A stretch of 64,000 nt of DNA from a bacterium (GTDB taxonomy: Archaea > Thermoplasmatota > E2 > JACPAO01 > JAHFTW01): NCBI GenBank assembly GCA_040390065.1, contig JAZJZE010000011.1:1-64000 (forward strand), in the 5' to 3' direction. The notes below the pieces were generated by a model, which was not told the origin of the DNA, ran no database searches, and worked only from the letters and a program-made list of their open reading frames with translations. How positions within the stretch are numbered: position 1 is the stretch's first letter; every line of letters starts with the position of its first letter. Below are positions 61,107-64,000 of this stretch, piece by piece. The translations under genes were made by a program, and so were the position numbers.

Positions 61107-61441
61107 GTTTGGCACCCGATACGCGACAATGGACCCGGTCTATTGAAGCGTCTGGTGAACAAGCCGAGACTGGCCGCGCTCCTCACGACGCATTGCCTGC
61201 GGCGCAGGGAGAGACCACGCAGGGTATCAGGTCCGCCGGCGACGCGCACGTCCATCGACTTTTCTCCTTCAACAGCCGGCGTGGTTTGACTGCATGGTGG
61301 CCCTTGCGCGGCTGACCAACGGCGAGTGGGGCGGCATCGAGGTATTACCGGCGCCGTGGCGCGGCCGGGGACGACCACAGCGTCATTACCAGATAGGAGG
61401 AGGCCTCGGAGGGACCGGTTACAGGTGCCCCGTCTCTCGGC

Positions 61442-63496
61442 ATGTTCACCACACGCCTTTTGACCCGGCCGCTCCAGTCAGTGCGCGTGGCCAGCGGCGG
61501 GGCAATCCGTGTCGCCGTGGCGATTACCCTGCTCGCGGCCGCCGCCGCCTTTGCAGCAGCCCCGCATGGGGCCGTGGTCGAACCTTCGCGGCTCTCGTAT
61601 GGCGACCACGCCGTGTATCACGTTTCTCGATTCGACGACTCGGGCCACGCCGTCTCCAGCCCGGTCCAGCGACTCGACGTCGACGTAGGCGCCACGACGA
61701 CGGTCGCCGATCACGCCGGGCGGCCGCGCCTTGCCACTCCTTTGGAGTTCAGCTTCGGTAAGACTGAAGCCGGGCGCGAGGCACAATTCATTCGCAGCTA
61801 CTGGCTCGACGGCAGCGACGCCGTATCCGTCAGTACCCAAGGCCACATGTGGCGGGGCAAGGCAAGCTTGCCGGCGCTTTCCAATTCCTCCACGGATTCC
61901 ACTCAATCCGTTTCCTGGCACGACATCCTTTGGGACGCCGCACCAATGCCGTGTGGATTCGGGTTGGTTGGACCCGAAAAGGCTGGCGCCGATTGCCGGA
62001 CCCATTGGACGGCCGGCTCGCCGTGGGCCGATGACATTGAGGGCCCTCTGGCTGACCTCTTCGGCTCGCCCGGCCCCGGCCACTCCGCTTACCGCCTCTC
62101 GCTCGTAGGGACTGGCCGCTCGCGCCTCGATTGGTCCACGCCGTCGACGGTGGCGGCCCTGCCTGCGCTCGTACAAGCCCCCCGCTCGATGCAAGGGCCA
62201 GGCGGCACAGGCCCGGGAATCTTCCTTCTCGGCGACGCCCTCCGGGCCATGCAGAACGACCCGGCGGACGCAAGTGCCAGGGACCTTGTCCGACGCCATG
62301 CGGACGCCTACCTGGCGTACGCCCGGTCATACGAGGCGGTCAACGCCGCAGGGCAAACCCAAGTGGCTTGGCACCTCGCCGTCGTCGGCGGTACAGAACG
62401 CGTCGAACGGGCGGTCACCCGCGAAGCAGCTCCAGTTCCTGGCCTGCCGCCCGTCACCCGGGTTGTCCATCCGTCGTCCATGGAGTATGCGATAGACGCT
62501 GCCCCGGCCACCCTGGCCCCATCCTTCCTCGCCCCCTCCCGTATGGCCTCCATCGACTCATTGCAGGTCGCTTTCTTGGCTGCCACGGGCCAGCAGCCTA
62601 CGGGCTGGGGTTTTTCCATCGCCTGCCCCAGCCTTTCCTGCCTGACGATTGACGTCCATGTGCAAGTATTCAAGGAGGAATTGTACCCCGCAGGCGCGAA
62701 CGGCGTTGGCTGGCAACGCAATGTGGCCTCCCGTGACCGCCTCGACGCGTCAGGTGATGGAACATTCTTGGGCCTTGGCCACGCCGCCTTCGGCCAACCC
62801 ACGCCAAACATCCTGGCAACCGGCCCCCTGGGCGAACGCGACCCGGCACAGCCTTCGAGGATGCCTTGGCCGGTCACGCCCGCCACTGTGGCAGCCGGCA
62901 CGCTCGGCCTCCTTGGCGCCATCCTGGCCCTTTCGCCCGCCTGGAAATACGCCGTCGCCCTATTCTCGAGGATTGAGGCATCGCGCATGCTCGACCACCC
63001 GGTGCGGCGAAGGGTCTACGACTTGGTGCAGGAGGATCCAGGAATCCATGCGCGGCTCGTCGCAACGCGCCTGGGCATCGCCGGAAACACGGCGGTCCAT
63101 CACCTCGCTCGGCTCGTCGGCGCCGGCTACATCGGCGAACGCCGCATCGCAGGCTACCACTGCTACTTCCCGCGCTCCGGCCTTGACGAACGCCTGCAAT
63201 CCGCCATTCCAGCTTTGAAATCAAGAGGCGCCACGGCCGTTCTGAACACCGTTGCCGCCCAAGGCTCGCCGTCCTTCCGCAGCCTCATGGCCGCCACAGG
63301 CCTGGGATACGCCACCGTCCACCACCACGCCGAATCCCTTTGGAAGGCAGGCCTGCTTTCCGCCGAGCGTGATGGCCGCACACGGCGCTTCCGCCTCACC
63401 GAACTTGGCCGGCGTATCCAGGAGCAGGCCTTGGCGAGTATCGGGAGGTTCCCCACGCAGCCTAAGAATCCCGCACAGTTGGGTGGACATGCATGA
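61442..63496 (+). CDS. Membrane-tethered regulator: large ectodomain + TM + tandem winged helix
   Basis: Signal peptide, TM, then LFSRIEASRMLDHPVRRRVYDLVQEDPGI and a second HTH. Confidence 0.85.
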   Translation: MFTTRLLTRPLQSVRVASGGAIRVAVAITLLAAAAAFAAAPHGAVVEPSRLSYGDHAVYHVSRFDDSGHAVSSPVQRLDVDVGATTTVADHAGRPRLATPLEFSFGKTEAGREAQFIRSYWLDGSDAVSVSTQGHMWRGKASLPALSNSSTDSTQSVSWHDILWDAAPMPCGFGLVGPEKAGADCRTHWTAGSPWADDIEGPLADLFGSPGPGHSAYRLSLVGTGRSRLDWSTPSTVAALPALVQAPRSMQGPGGTGPGIFLLGDALRAMQNDPADASARDLVRRHADAYLAYARSYEAVNAAGQTQVAWHLAVVGGTERVERAVTREAAPVPGLPPVTRVVHPSSMEYAIDAAPATLAPSFLAPSRMASIDSLQVAFLAATGQQPTGWGFSIACPSLSCLTIDVHVQVFKEELYPAGANGVGWQRNVASRDRLDASGDGTFLGLGHAAFGQPTPNILATGPLGERDPAQPSRMPWPVTPATVAAGTLGLLGAILALSPAWKYAVALFSRIEASRMLDHPVRRRVYDLVQEDPGIHARLVATRLGIAGNTAVHHLARLVGAGYIGERRIAGYHCYFPRSGLDERLQSAIPALKSRGATAVLNTVAAQGSPSFRSLMAATGLGYATVHHHAESLWKAGLLSAERDGRTRRFRLTELGRRIQEQALASIGRFPTQPKNPAQLGGHA

Positions 63497-64000
63497 AGCT
63501 GGTTCCCATCGCCGTGCTCTCCCTACTCGTCGCCGGATGCGCGACGCCCAATCACCCGACGACCGCCGAGTCGACGGATCCAATCATCGTGTCAGCTCCC
63601 GATGATTACTCGTACCTCAACCAGACGAACCAGGCCAACCGCTCCCACATCCACGACTACTGGGGAGGCCGGACACAGCTGACCGAAATGGACACCAACA
63701 GGAGTGGCCGCGAGCAATGGGTCACCACGGGGAACTCGGCCACGCAGTGGAACCTTGAAGACTTCGTCCTGCCCCCGGGCAGCGTGATTCCCCAAGGAAC
63801 TGCCGCCGTGACCGTCACAGTGACCATCACGCCGGCGGCCGGCGACAAGTACCGGGACGTGTCGCTGACATACCGCACCGCCGCTGGCGCCGATAACGTG
63901 ACCGGGCCCCTTCCCGCGGACAAACCCATCCGCATCGCCACGCTGGCCGCCGATGCCGACTTGCCGCACCAGATGCTCTCGGCCTGGCGATTTCGCGTCA
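63493..64000 (+). CDS. Lipoprotein, truncated by the window end
   Basis: MKLVPIAVLSLLVAGC lipobox; ATGA overlap with the previous gene; frame appears open to the edge. Confidence 0.75.
   Translation, partial: MKLVPIAVLSLLVAGCATPNHPTTAESTDPIIVSAPDDYSYLNQTNQANRSHIHDYWGGRTQLTEMDTNRSGREQWVTTGNSATQWNLEDFVLPPGSVIPQGTAAVTVTVTITPAAGDKYRDVSLTYRTAAGADNVTGPLPADKPIRIATLAADADLPHQMLSAWRFRV

Overview
High-GC archaeal DNA, most likely an uncultured Thermoplasmatota lineage. This is inferred from the LonB, PAN, aMBF1, type II MetAP and DUF6015-like genes, plus haloarchaea-like genes. Bases 1-34 kb are mostly core or semi-core genes: two-domain multicopper oxidase, tmk, MaoC/CitE, histidine kinase, a volactin-like actin operon, acyl-CoA carboxylase, LonB, Hsp20, map, MBF1 and PAN. 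A family of structured non-coding repeats lies at 27.2-32.9 kb. After tRNA-Val(GAC) at 33996-34068 comes an accessory region rich in secreted and surface proteins. It holds three copies of a Cys-rich secreted mini-protein, membrane-tethered tandem winged-helix regulators, a broken HEPN gene and a two-gene RiPP-like locus (double-Gly precursor plus HExxH-type enzyme). Best candidates for new biology: (1) the archaeal HExxH RiPP locus, (2) the volactin + membrane protein + 22-aa tandem-repeat protein operon, (3) the Cys-rich peptide / membrane-tethered regulator modules, (4) the composite hairpin repeat family, (5) a LonB lacking its catalytic Lys. All family assignments come from motif recognition by eye; no searches were run.
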